IMG/VR virus record: IMGVR_UViG_3300044711_000066
Span: 1 to 50,037 of that record
Source: a virus
Lineage: Duplodnaviria; Caudoviricetes
DNA: 50,037 nt
Reading direction: 5' to 3' (one strand)
Numbering within the stretch: position 1 is the first letter of the stretch; every line of letters begins with the position of its first letter. The notes under the pieces were generated by a model. It saw only the letters and a program-made list of their open reading frames with translations, was not told the DNA's origin and did no database searches. The position numbers were made by a program, and so were the translations under genes. Shown here piece by piece: positions 8,618 through 17,158 of this stretch.

Positions 8618-9118
8618 TTATTCGCTGAAAGACTCCGCTGGCAGGCACGCGCGTACATGGTCAATCATCGTTGGCCAGTCCAGCGTAGCCAGCGCTGCAA
8701 ACGTCTTAGGGTTATAGCTGATCGCTTTCCGAGTCAGGCCGATGATTAGGACATTTCCCCAATACTCGGGAGCGACTGAGATAGCGAGAAATGCCCCATT
8801 GCCGAGGTCAATCTCGGTTTCAGGGTCCAGCTTGTAATACTCGCGTGCGTTGAAGGACTCGGACTGTTTGCCCTTGCGCGCGGCCATCTTAGCAGGCGCC
8901 TGGAGTCGGCCGTTAACTTTGGCCGCAGTATCATGAGTGACCTTGCCGCGCGATTGAGTGACCATGCGTGGTTTCGGTTCGCTGGTGGCAGGTGCTGAGC
9001 CCACCTGCTGTTTCATCAGGTCCATAGCACCTGGAATTGCCTTAAGTTGTTCGAGCAGTGCAAGTACAGATACTCCCTGCGCTGCGATGGATGGTTGCGG
9101 AATGCCGTTAGCTGCCAT
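8618..9118 (-). CDS. hypothetical protein
   Basis: Start MAANGIP after AACAGGAGAAT RBS. Confidence 0.7.
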   Translation of the reverse strand: MAANGIPQPSIAAQGVSVLALLEQLKAIPGAMDLMKQQVGSAPATSEPKPRMVTQSRGKVTHDTAAKVNGRLQAPAKMAARKGKQSESFNAREYYKLDPETEIDLGNGAFLAISVAPEYWGNVLIIGLTRKAISYNPKTFAALATLDWPTMIDHVRACLPAESFSE

Positions 9119-9193
9119 TGTTTTTATTCTCCTGTTAGATGCGCCTTGAATGACCCATCTGGACTCCGTACCGTTGGCCGGAGTCCGCATGGT

Positions 9194-9388
9194 TCAGTCA
9201 AACAGCCGTGCTAGAACAACGGCGCCCATAAGCCCGAGCATGATAGCGGCCATGAGCGACCACGGGTCTAGCGGGTAAGTCTTGAATGTCGGACGGACGC
9301 GAGCGGTCCGCGAGAGCTTAGCCCATTCAGCATCCGAGCATTCCAGCGGTCCGCGAGGTGAGTTCATTGCCGCACCTCTTGGCCGCAA
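9194..9388 (-). CDS. small membrane protein (start may be 9367)
   Basis: C-terminal hydrophobic helix. Confidence 0.55.
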   Translation of the reverse strand: MRPRGAAMNSPRGPLECSDAEWAKLSRTARVRPTFKTYPLDPWSLMAAIMLGLMGAVVLARLFD

Positions 9389-9609
9389 GGGATGAACGTA
9401 TCCCCCACTAACCAGCAGCCCAGCATCGCGACATCCTGCCAGCTTGCTGCATTGCGGTACACCTCATAGGCGTCATACCCTCTCAGTAGGTCTACGTATG
9501 CCAGCGGATCATTACAGATGCTCTCTAACTCGCTAGGCGTGGCAAATGCATTGCCGCGAATCGACACCTGATACTTCGCCCACCGTTGAATCATTTTCGA
9601 TAGGTTCAT
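9364..9609 (-). CDS. hypothetical protein, first gene of left arm
   Basis: GAGGAG RBS; MNLSKMIQRW. Confidence 0.65.
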   Translation of the reverse strand: MNLSKMIQRWAKYQVSIRGNAFATPSELESICNDPLAYVDLLRGYDAYEVYRNAASWQDVAMLGCWLVGDTFIPCGQEVRQ

Positions 9610-9633
9610 CTCCTCACTTCCTTTCCGCCGGCA

Positions 9634-9662
9634 ATAATGCCCTCGCCTTGTTGTCTTGTCAA
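9634..9662 (-). promoter_or_regulatory. leftward sigma70-like promoter
   Basis: TTGACA-N17-CATTAT. Confidence 0.6.
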
Positions 9663-9913
9663 GTGATACCTGCATCCCCTACTGCCCCAACTGTTTAGCG
9701 TGATACCTCGGAATGGTAACCGCGACCCAGGTGGACCGCTACCGCGTGCATGTTTCATGGGGACTCGGGAGGACTCGAAGGTATGCCCGATGCAGGGGAA
9801 CGGGACCCATTTGCCCAGGGGGTGGGCCTGCGCGCCGCGGCGGCTTCGCGAGGAAATTGATCTCCTCTCTCGGCGACCGCAAAATAAAAATGCGGAGATG
9901 ATAATAAATAAAA

Positions 9914-9942
9914 TTGACTCTTTACTCTTTTACTATTATGAT
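9914..9942 (+). promoter_or_regulatory. rightward sigma70-like promoter (leaderless)
   Basis: TTGACT-N17-TATGAT, AT-rich UP region, ATG 6 nt downstream. Confidence 0.75.
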
Positions 9943-9948
9943 ATCCGC

Positions 9949-10542
9949 ATGGAACAACTGAAATGCGGGAAATGTGGGTTCCGGTGGGTTCCGCGGGTGG
10001 AGCGCCCGACGAGTTGTCCAGGGTGTAAGAGGCGGGACTGGGATATTGGGGGTGGGCGGAAGGAACTGAGTGCGGAGGGAAAGAAGATTCTGGAGCGGTC
10101 GAAGGCTCGGACTGAGGAGGCGCTGGGGAAAATATCGTCGAAACAGACGGTGGCCGGGACCAGACAGTTGACCGACGAGCTTCAGAAGATCGCAGATGCG
10201 GTGCAGGAGACCAAGGAGGACGGGGACAAGTTGCGCGGAGGGCCGGCTTGGGTGGGGCGGCAGAGGCCGGTTAAGCTTGACGACGATATCGAGAAGATTA
10301 CGGAGGACGTTCGGGCCGGGGTGGACCCCTGGGGGAATTTTGTAGCGGGGGAGCTGGACCTCGAAGCGGATGCCACGGCCAAGCCGGAAGAGGTCTCTGT
10401 ACCCATTTGGGAGGGGACCCCAGAACCGGCGAAGCCCGCGGCTCCCGTAAGCGACCGGGATAAGAGGAAGGGCGTAAAGGTAAAGGCGGCTCCAGCGCTC
10501 ACGGACCAGGACAAGACCACGTACTCGCCGGTGGAGGATTAA
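9949..10542 (+). CDS. Zn-ribbon protein
   Basis: MEQLKCGKCGFRWVPR...CPGC; start set by promoter. Confidence 0.7.
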   Translation: MEQLKCGKCGFRWVPRVERPTSCPGCKRRDWDIGGGRKELSAEGKKILERSKARTEEALGKISSKQTVAGTRQLTDELQKIADAVQETKEDGDKLRGGPAWVGRQRPVKLDDDIEKITEDVRAGVDPWGNFVAGELDLEADATAKPEEVSVPIWEGTPEPAKPAAPVSDRDKRKGVKVKAAPALTDQDKTTYSPVED

Positions 10543-10543
10543 A

Positions 10544-11056
10544 ATGGCGGACAATCCAGAGAACAGAGCCTACCTGCGGATTTCCCCAGCCGGCGGGGAA
10601 TCGATCGAAGAGTTCGCAGGAAGGATGTGCGTAACCGCGGCCCATCATCGGCGGATCGTTACCGGAGAATTCAACGGCGTAGAGTTGACCACTACCCCGC
10701 ACACGCACGTCATCGAGACAATTGCGTTCTTTAAGAAAGCGTTCCGCGAGCAGCGGGAGTTCCGGGAAAAGACGGACTCTTTGGCGGACCTGTTTTCTTT
10801 GCGATCCGCTTGCAAGAAACAGCTAGAGGCAGCCGAAGAGCGTCTATTTCAAGCTCTCAAGGATGAACCGATGCGAAGTGAAGAAGAGTCAGGCCGGGAC
10901 CTGAGCGGGGAGGAATTACTGCGGGACATTCGCAGCCGGCTCATGCGCACCGAGGAGAAGCTGGACCGGTTGCTCGCGGACAAGAGCGCGCCGCTTTTCC
11001 CCGCAACTAAGTTCCCCAACGCGCCGATCGGCCATACATCCGAGCCAACGACATGA
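10544..11056 (+). CDS. hypothetical coiled-coil protein
   Basis: 170 aa, GGAGG RBS. Confidence 0.7.
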   Translation: MADNPENRAYLRISPAGGESIEEFAGRMCVTAAHHRRIVTGEFNGVELTTTPHTHVIETIAFFKKAFREQREFREKTDSLADLFSLRSACKKQLEAAEERLFQALKDEPMRSEEESGRDLSGEELLRDIRSRLMRTEEKLDRLLADKSAPLFPATKFPNAPIGHTSEPTT

Positions 11057-11355
11057 GCGACGAGCTGATCAAGGTCCTTAGCTATAATCTCGACCGCCTG
11101 CCGGCGCCGGTCCGGATTGCGATCCGCAACCTGCATCTGCGGGCCAAAGAGTGCGGCCTCGAAGAAGTGGCAACCGTGTTCATGCGGGAGAACGAGCGGG
11201 ACAAGACCATCGAGTGCTTCTTCGCGCTGGCGCCGGAGTTTCAAACGACCGCCCGACCATCGCTCAAGCGTCTGTTCGGACTCAGCGCGGAGCTATTTGG
11301 GAAGGATTATACGAACCAGTTCGTCGTTGTCGCAGAAGACGAGAAGCAGATATGA
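11053..11355 (+). CDS. hypothetical protein
   Basis: ATGA-coupled at both ends. Confidence 0.7.
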   Translation: MSDELIKVLSYNLDRLPAPVRIAIRNLHLRAKECGLEEVATVFMRENERDKTIECFFALAPEFQTTARPSLKRLFGLSAELFGKDYTNQFVVVAEDEKQI

Positions 11356-11645
11356 GGAAGCCCCGCCGCATTCAGCGCAAGCGCACCAAGGGTTGGCGGA
11401 TGCCCGAGGGGGCCGTGTATGTCGGACGGCCGACGAAGTGGGGTAACCCTTACGTCCTGACCTCGGACAATAGCCTGGGAGAGATCGTCAGGCAGTACCG
11501 AGAGCTTGTCTCCGTTAAAAATATCTGGAGCACGCCCAACAAGCAGCAGATCAAGGACGAGCTCCGCGGAAAAGATTTGGTCTGCTGGTGCCCGCTCAAC
11601 CGGCCGTGTCACGCGGATGTACTTTTGGAGATCGCGAACAAATGA
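11352..11645 (+). CDS. DUF4326-family protein
   Basis: YVGRPTKWGNPY...LRGKDLVCWC...CHADVLLEIAN. Confidence 0.85.
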   Translation: MRKPRRIQRKRTKGWRMPEGAVYVGRPTKWGNPYVLTSDNSLGEIVRQYRELVSVKNIWSTPNKQQIKDELRGKDLVCWCPLNRPCHADVLLEIANK

Positions 11646-11830
11646 GTGACGAACAACGAATACCAAACCCAAACTTTTCCTTCCAACCGGCGCCGGAGAC
11701 CGTAGCCTTCATGGCGGCGGTCCTACAATCCGGACTTCACGGCGGAGGAGCTAGAGACTGCGTGGAAGACGCCCTAACGATCTGCGCCGAGGTCGAGAGC
11801 CGCGTGCGGAGTGGGGAGATCAAGGTCTAA
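11642..11830 (+). CDS. hypothetical protein
   Basis: MSDEQRIP; coupled. Confidence 0.6.
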   Translation: MSDEQRIPNPNFSFQPAPETVAFMAAVLQSGLHGGGARDCVEDALTICAEVESRVRSGEIKV

Positions 11831-12165
11831 TGGGGAATAAAGGCAGCGGACCAAATTCGCCACGCGGACGGGAGAGATTAGTTGAGATGAATCGAATAAA
11901 CGCCCGGCTGAACAGCAAGCAGCTCCTCTACGTGGAAATCAACACATTACAGAGAATCGCTTTGCATCTGGAGTCGATCTCCGAGTCTCTTAAGAAGATT
12001 GCGGACCGGTCGGCTCCGCAAGTGGGAGTCGATACCCTCGTCATGGACGAGTACGTTAAGAAGGTGCTGAGCCGTGATCAAAGGATCCCAGACAGGATCC
12101 CACGGACGATGCCGGACACCCGCGCTCCCAAACCCAAGCGGGGAACCAAAAGGCCGAGGTGGTAG
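11830..12165 (+). CDS. hypothetical protein
   Basis: TAATG overlap. Confidence 0.65.
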   Translation: MGNKGSGPNSPRGRERLVEMNRINARLNSKQLLYVEINTLQRIALHLESISESLKKIADRSAPQVGVDTLVMDEYVKKVLSRDQRIPDRIPRTMPDTRAPKPKRGTKRPRW

Positions 12166-12167
12166 CT

Positions 12168-12437
12168 ATGGATCAAACGTGTGAACGATGCCAACGGGAC
12201 TACGACGACGAGAAACAGAGCATGCTTTGCCCGCACCCGGACAAATGGTGCGGCGATTACTCCCAGCGCGTGGCCTCGGTCGTTTTTGGAAGAAACACAG
12301 TCCTAATCAATCTGACCTGCGGACACCGAGTTTCAATAGATAGCACGGGCTGGAAGTCGCCTATAATGACGCCCACGACTGGATCTCTGTGGCCCTGCTC
12401 GGAGTGTTCAACATTGGACAAAGGAGAAACTCTATGA
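12168..12437 (+). CDS. Cys-rich hypothetical protein
   Basis: CERC, TCGH, CSEC. Confidence 0.6.
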   Translation: MDQTCERCQRDYDDEKQSMLCPHPDKWCGDYSQRVASVVFGRNTVLINLTCGHRVSIDSTGWKSPIMTPTTGSLWPCSECSTLDKGETL

Positions 12438-12559
12438 GCTTACGATGGTGCGCCAAGTGCAAGCAGGTGGTAGCGTATCGCCACTGCGAGCATTGTGGCA
12501 AGGATACCGAGAAGATGCTGAACGTTCCGATCGGCGCCCAGCCGCCAAAGAAGAAATGA
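12434..12559 (+). CDS. 41-aa Zn-finger micro-protein (not in ORF track)
   Basis: MSLRWCAKC...HCEHCGK; AAGGAG RBS; ATGA overlaps. Confidence 0.65.
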   Translation: MSLRWCAKCKQVVAYRHCEHCGKDTEKMLNVPIGAQPPKKK

Positions 12560-12837
12560 TCACCGAATTACCCCCGTCTGTGGAATCGGCCATCATGGAA
12601 TTCTCCAAGAGGCTTGCTCCGATCTATCAGGAGAATCGTTGGCGCTGGCATAAGAAGTACATCCCAACCGCAGAACAGATCGTCAACACGATACGTTATC
12701 TGCTACTCGAAACCGTCAACTATGGGAATGGGCACACGGCAACCGGAAGACTGAAGGCAGCCAAGTCCGATGACGGTCAATACGTGGTGTCTCTTAATGA
12801 AAAAAAGTACAACGAAAGAATAACGATCTCTCTATGA
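12556..12837 (+). CDS. hypothetical protein
   Basis: Start MITELPP by ATGA coupling. Confidence 0.6.
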   Translation: MITELPPSVESAIMEFSKRLAPIYQENRWRWHKKYIPTAEQIVNTIRYLLLETVNYGNGHTATGRLKAAKSDDGQYVVSLNEKKYNERITISL

Positions 12838-13034
12838 AACTCGATCTCACCAACCAGCAGCGCGATAAGTTCCTAGAACTCATCAAGATTTCCCGCCAGG
12901 TATGCCGGCAGAACCTGCGGGCCTTTTGCTTGCCGGCCGTCACCCAGCATCATGCGGGCATGCCGCGCCGCGCTCGGCGGGTCCTTGCGCGCGCCATCGC
13001 GGCCGGAACATGGAAGGAGCTGCGGTCCGCGTAA
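12834..13034 (+). CDS. hypothetical basic protein
   Basis: 66 aa, coupled. Confidence 0.6.
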   Translation: MKLDLTNQQRDKFLELIKISRQVCRQNLRAFCLPAVTQHHAGMPRRARRVLARAIAAGTWKELRSA

Positions 13035-13337
13035 ATGTCCAACATTGTACAACCCGGTTTCGACGATCGACCGACGATGCAGTTTGAGATCCGCTCGATG
13101 TGCCCAGAGACGGCGCTCACGATTCCACCGCAGCTCCGCAAGAAGATCCGCGACATCCTGCCGTTTGTCGTGTGGGTGTACTGGCCCGGACGGAAGCCGA
13201 GGGCTCATTGCAGTTCGGAACGGTGCTACGAAGTCACACTGGCTTCGGTTGTCGATATGTGGAATGCCCTCGGGCTACCGATGCGGCCCCAAAAAGATTT
13301 CATCGTGTGTGGGCACATGGGCCGACTCCACGAATAA
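13035..13337 (+). CDS. hypothetical protein
   Basis: Abuts previous stop; palindromic box covers codons 1-6. Confidence 0.6.
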   Translation: MSNIVQPGFDDRPTMQFEIRSMCPETALTIPPQLRKKIRDILPFVVWVYWPGRKPRAHCSSERCYEVTLASVVDMWNALGLPMRPQKDFIVCGHMGRLHE

Positions 13338-13340
13338 ATT

Positions 13341-13799
13341 ATGAAAACTTTAACCTTGACTCAGCCCTGGGCCTCGCTGGTAGCGTTCGGCTACAAACAC
13401 ATTGAGACGAGAAGCTGGAGCACTTCGTATCGCGGACCGCTGGCTATCCATGCCGCGAAGGGATTTCCTCGTGACGCCAAGGATTTGTGTGTGTCCTACA
13501 TGGTTAGGCATGCGCTCGGCCCGCACTTCGGAGTAACAGAATCCGGAACGTTAGCCGACCAGCTTCCGCGCGGAGCCGTCGTTGCGGTTTGCAAACTGGT
13601 GGATTGCCTACCAACAATATCCACCGGCTGCCTGGGTGGAGTCTTTGAGGACTACCCGGATCTAGATACTGATACGGAGCGGGACTTCGGAAACTATGAA
13701 CCGAATCGTTTTGGGTGGGTGCTTGAAGATGTTAAGCGGATCGCGCAACCTATCCCGGCAAAGGGAGCCCTCGGGTTGTGGGAGTGGGAGTCCGCATGA
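13341..13799 (+). CDS. ASCH domain protein
   Basis: LTLTQPWASLV..G.KHIETRSW.T.YRGPLAIHAAK; PIPAKGALGLWEW. Confidence 0.9.
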   Translation: MKTLTLTQPWASLVAFGYKHIETRSWSTSYRGPLAIHAAKGFPRDAKDLCVSYMVRHALGPHFGVTESGTLADQLPRGAVVAVCKLVDCLPTISTGCLGGVFEDYPDLDTDTERDFGNYEPNRFGWVLEDVKRIAQPIPAKGALGLWEWESA

Positions 13800-13969
13800 A
13801 GCTCCTCGGCATCGACATTCTGATCTCCCGCAAGTGCCCCGGCCTGCTGATGGTAGACCGCACGGGAGTGGTATTCTTCCAGTCCGGACAAGTCGTACGG
13901 GTCGAGCGGACCCCGGAGGTAGAAGAAATTCTCCGCGAGATCGAACGTAGTTCAAGGAGCAACGTATGA
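13796..13969 (+). CDS. hypothetical protein
   Basis: MKLLGIDIL; ATGA-coupled. Confidence 0.55.
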   Translation: MKLLGIDILISRKCPGLLMVDRTGVVFFQSGQVVRVERTPEVEEILREIERSSRSNV

Positions 13970-14667
13970 AAAAAGCGACTATTTTATTAGCAGCATTCAC
14001 GCTGATGGCCGTGTCAGCTTTTGGGGCTTCATGCCCGGCGACCGCAACCGTCCAGGACTACATAGACTTTGGTTCATCCGGATGTAGCATTGGCGACAAG
14101 ACCTTTTCAAGTTTCACATTTTCAGGAAGCGCTTCCGGGACAAGCACACCCTTGATCGCGAGCAACGTTTCGGTAGTGCCGATCACCAACGGCGGCGCGA
14201 GCGGAGACGAGATCGGCTTGGGATTCAATTCTCTCTGGGTGGCTAATTCCAATTCGTTCTCCGATACCGTCATCCAGTTCACGGTTACGGTGATTGGCGG
14301 AGGTCCGCAGCTAATCAGCGATGCCAGCATTGTGCAGTCGTCCGGAGGATTCACGGGGACCGGAGCGGCCACAGTCAGCGAGGGAATCTGCGGGCCGGTG
14401 CCGTGCCTGACCGAGGTCAGTGCGTACACGGTCAACACGCAGGGCACAACCAAGCTTAGCGACCACGTGGTGTTCACGCCGACCGGAACAATACGCGCCG
14501 TCAAGGACATTGGGGTGGCGGGAGGAACAAACGGTACGGCCACGCTCAGTTACGTGGAGGATACGTTTTCGCAGACTAGTGTCCCGGAGCCAGCGAGCAT
14601 TGTTCTGCTCGGCAGTGTCATAACGGGGTTGTGTATGCTGGCTAGGAGACGCAGAGCCCTGAATTAA
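13966..14667 (+). CDS. PEP-CTERM surface protein
   Basis: Sec signal peptide; C-terminal VPEPAS, TM helix and RRRR. Confidence 0.9.
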   Translation: MKKATILLAAFTLMAVSAFGASCPATATVQDYIDFGSSGCSIGDKTFSSFTFSGSASGTSTPLIASNVSVVPITNGGASGDEIGLGFNSLWVANSNSFSDTVIQFTVTVIGGGPQLISDASIVQSSGGFTGTGAATVSEGICGPVPCLTEVSAYTVNTQGTTKLSDHVVFTPTGTIRAVKDIGVAGGTNGTATLSYVEDTFSQTSVPEPASIVLLGSVITGLCMLARRRRALN

Positions 14668-14698
14668 AGCTGGTACCATCTGAAGGAAAGGAAAACGC

Positions 14699-15148
14699 AT
14701 GAATAAAACTTTCGCAGGTCCGTCTCCGGACGAAAACCTGACTCTCGATCAAGTGAATAACGTCATCGGCCGTCTCAAAGGACTCGGCATGGAGGCTACC
14801 CTGGTCGTCGTCGGCCCGGTGCAGGGATCGTTCCTGGCGATGACCAACTACTACAACGAGCAGGACCTGCTCGACCTCGGAGTGGACCCGGCCGCAGACC
14901 CGGTGTGGGCCAGCCTGCGGATCACCAACGAAGGGCTGGTTGTCACGGACCCGAGTCCGTACGCCTGGGGACACCTGCAAAGCGCAGCCGGGATCAAGCG
15001 GCGCCTCGACCGTGGCGGTCCGCCCGATCTGAACACAATCATCTGGTCGGTCTTCGGATTCCAGGCCGACGCCAAAGCCATCACCGCGCAGATCGTGGCT
15101 CAGTTGCCGGCCGGGAAAACTCTCACGCAAGTCATGCAGGGACATTAG
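14699..15148 (+). CDS. hypothetical protein
   Basis: 149 aa, AAGGA RBS. Confidence 0.7.
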   Translation: MNKTFAGPSPDENLTLDQVNNVIGRLKGLGMEATLVVVGPVQGSFLAMTNYYNEQDLLDLGVDPAADPVWASLRITNEGLVVTDPSPYAWGHLQSAAGIKRRLDRGGPPDLNTIIWSVFGFQADAKAITAQIVAQLPAGKTLTQVMQGH

Positions 15149-15249
15149 CCGTAACGGGTTCCAGGACCCCCGCGCTTTCCAGACGGTAAATCTCGGGGGA
15201 GGTGGCCGACTCGGAGCAACGGGGTCCTGGGAAAGTCTACAATCGGTCC

Positions 15250-15939
15250 ATGAAGAAGCTCATCGTCCTACTCGTGGTTTCCTCCACACTCCTTGCCCAG
15301 AAAAGACAGGCTCCCAACCTCAACCTCGAACCCATTCCGGCACCAGGAGCAAACTGTTGTCTCGATGTGAAGATCAGCAAGTGGGCCGGGCCGCACGACT
15401 CCAAGGGGATGATGGACGTCACCTCCGAAGTTCTCGGCAGAAGAGTCTCGGAGAGAATCAGCGTGTGGGTGGTCTTCCTTCAGAACAAATCACTGACGGA
15501 TACCATCCGGGTTTCCGAAGCCTCGATCCTCTCGCGGCTCGATAATCTCAACCCGTACTCTCATGTCGAGATGGAGCTGCTGATGGACCGTGGGCAAAAG
15601 CTCGACCGCTGGGCGCTGTTCGCCCGGCTGCTGATTGATGCTTCCACGCTACTGCTACTCCCAGTGGTGGGCGATCTAGTCTCTGTAACACAGGGACTCA
15701 AGAACGCCATTGCGGCCTTCGTCGGAGCCTCTCCGTACATCGTCACTCAAGTTAATGGTCGAGCGATTCCAGTCCGCGACAATTTCAATCGGCTGGAATG
15801 GAACGCGGATGTTGATCTCAAACCGGGAGACTCTGTGATCGCGCATGTCTTCTCGACCCGCTGGGATGTGACGCCGCCCGATCCAATGAGGATCAAGATT
15901 GATACCTCATCTACCGGCAGCGTGAAAGTCGCGCGATGA
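15250..15939 (+). CDS. putative exported protein
   Basis: MKKLIVLLVVSSTLLA signal-like; TACAAT-N6-ATG. Confidence 0.7.
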   Translation: MKKLIVLLVVSSTLLAQKRQAPNLNLEPIPAPGANCCLDVKISKWAGPHDSKGMMDVTSEVLGRRVSERISVWVVFLQNKSLTDTIRVSEASILSRLDNLNPYSHVEMELLMDRGQKLDRWALFARLLIDASTLLLLPVVGDLVSVTQGLKNAIAAFVGASPYIVTQVNGRAIPVRDNFNRLEWNADVDLKPGDSVIAHVFSTRWDVTPPDPMRIKIDTSSTGSVKVAR

Positions 15940-16145
15940 CGGCGTATATCGTCTCAGTAACCCGAGAGACCTACGTTGACCTCTTAGAAAAACTCCCCAT
16001 GCAGGCGCGGTTCACCGATATGCAGTCCCAGTCTTTCCCCTCTCCGCACTTCTGGCTGTACACGGCCGCAGGCGATGTAGTCGTATTCACCGCCGCCAAG
16101 ATCGAGGAACGGAGCACCGTAAAACTAGAAGGACAATTCACTTGA
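15936..16145 (+). CDS. hypothetical protein
   Basis: ATGA-coupled. Confidence 0.6.
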   Translation: MTAYIVSVTRETYVDLLEKLPMQARFTDMQSQSFPSPHFWLYTAAGDVVVFTAAKIEERSTVKLEGQFT

Positions 16146-16174
16146 CACGGCTGGCCGCAGGTGCAAGAGTATAT

Positions 16175-16260
16175 CCAAGAGTCCGCCGGTCGAAAGCCAG
16201 TTGGATTCTCCTGTTAGAAAGTGGGCGGTTTCCCTCCGGTTCCGCCCATTTTCTTTTTCT
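16175..16260 (+). ncRNA. candidate sRNA antisense to the early-gene RBS, with intrinsic terminator
   Basis: GAGUCC/GGAUUC hairpin, AUUCUCCUGUUAGA, then GUGGGCGG/CCGCCCAU stem and U-tract. Confidence 0.45.
16221..16260 (+). terminator. intrinsic terminator
   Basis: GC stem followed by TTTTCTTTTTCT. Confidence 0.75.
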
Positions 16261-16263
16261 CCC

Positions 16264-16292
16264 TTGACATTCCCGATTAAAGTCTTTACTCT
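16264..16292 (+). promoter_or_regulatory. sigma70-like promoter
   Basis: TTGACA-N17-TACTCT; spacer similar to the promoter at 23322. Confidence 0.75.
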
Positions 16293-16299
16293 GAACCTT

Positions 16300-16406
16300 G
16301 CTGCGGCTTGATCTCCGGGCGTCCCAGGAACTCTCTCAAACCGGGAGACAACAAAGGGAGCAACGCGTAACACGGAGCCACTCGCGTTTCGACCGAGGGC
16401 CGCAGC
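16300..16406 (+). ncRNA. candidate GGA-rich sRNA
   Basis: Starts at predicted +1; GCUGCGGC/GCCGCAGC closing stem; four GGA motifs. Confidence 0.45.
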
Positions 16407-16640
16407 GCTTGTTCAATGTTGTACAAAAGGAATCTTACGGGATACCACAACAGAGAGGCTGTAGTTCCGGGCGGTTTGAGCCAGCCGAATCCTATTGGTG
16501 CTGGTCTAGAGGCAGGACGAGAACCAGCGGCATCATGGTTATCTTGCTGCTCATCGAAAGATAGGAACCGGAAGCCAATCGCCACGATGGCAAGACCCCG
16601 GAGTGATGCCGCACTCCGGGTAATTTGAGAGGCGGACCGA

Positions 16641-16928
16641 ATGCAGATGAACCGACATGCGCGGCGGGTGATCGTGGACTCTATCGGCCTACTGCAAGAC
16701 GAAGCCGCCAAGGCGATGACGGACCTCTACCGCGAGCCGACGTTCGAGAAGGTAACCGAGATCATACAGAAGCTCGATGCCCGGATGTCGTTCGTAAACT
16801 CCGCCTTCCATGTGGCCCACGAGAAACAGCAGCAATTCCATGACTACATGGGGTTCCGGGGATTCAGAAAAGTCAATCCTACTCCCACGGAACTTGAGCG
16901 CGATCTTAATCAGACGGACATCACATGA
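16641..16928 (+). CDS. hypothetical protein
   Basis: GAGG RBS. Confidence 0.65.
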   Translation: MQMNRHARRVIVDSIGLLQDEAAKAMTDLYREPTFEKVTEIIQKLDARMSFVNSAFHVAHEKQQQFHDYMGFRGFRKVNPTPTELERDLNQTDIT

Positions 16929-17158
16929 TCACCGTCAAAGACGTCAAGGCCATCGCCCCAGAAGCGGAGATCATCGCGCTCGATCCCAACTCCCGCTATC
17001 TCATTATCTGTCGAAGACAAACAGTTACACACGGCACGGCAGAGGGACTTGCAAAGCACTTGGCCTCCGTTGGAATAAGAGCTACAGTTTTATCGACCTT
17101 TGACCCAGCATCAGACATTCGCATTCTTGAGATTCAAGAGGAGCAAAATGGCAGATAA
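16925..17158 (+). CDS. hypothetical protein
   Basis: ATGA-coupled. Confidence 0.65.
   Translation: MITVKDVKAIAPEAEIIALDPNSRYLIICRRQTVTHGTAEGLAKHLASVGIRATVLSTFDPASDIRILEIQEEQNGR

Noticed and set aside
9700-9948. N-terminal 83 aa of ORF 9700..10542
   Set aside because: Spans the promoter region; ATG 9949 fits the promoter and the Zn ribbon
15150-16640. tRNA genes in structured intergenic regions
   Set aside because: No cloverleaf with T-loop consensus recognised by eye; tRNAscan not run
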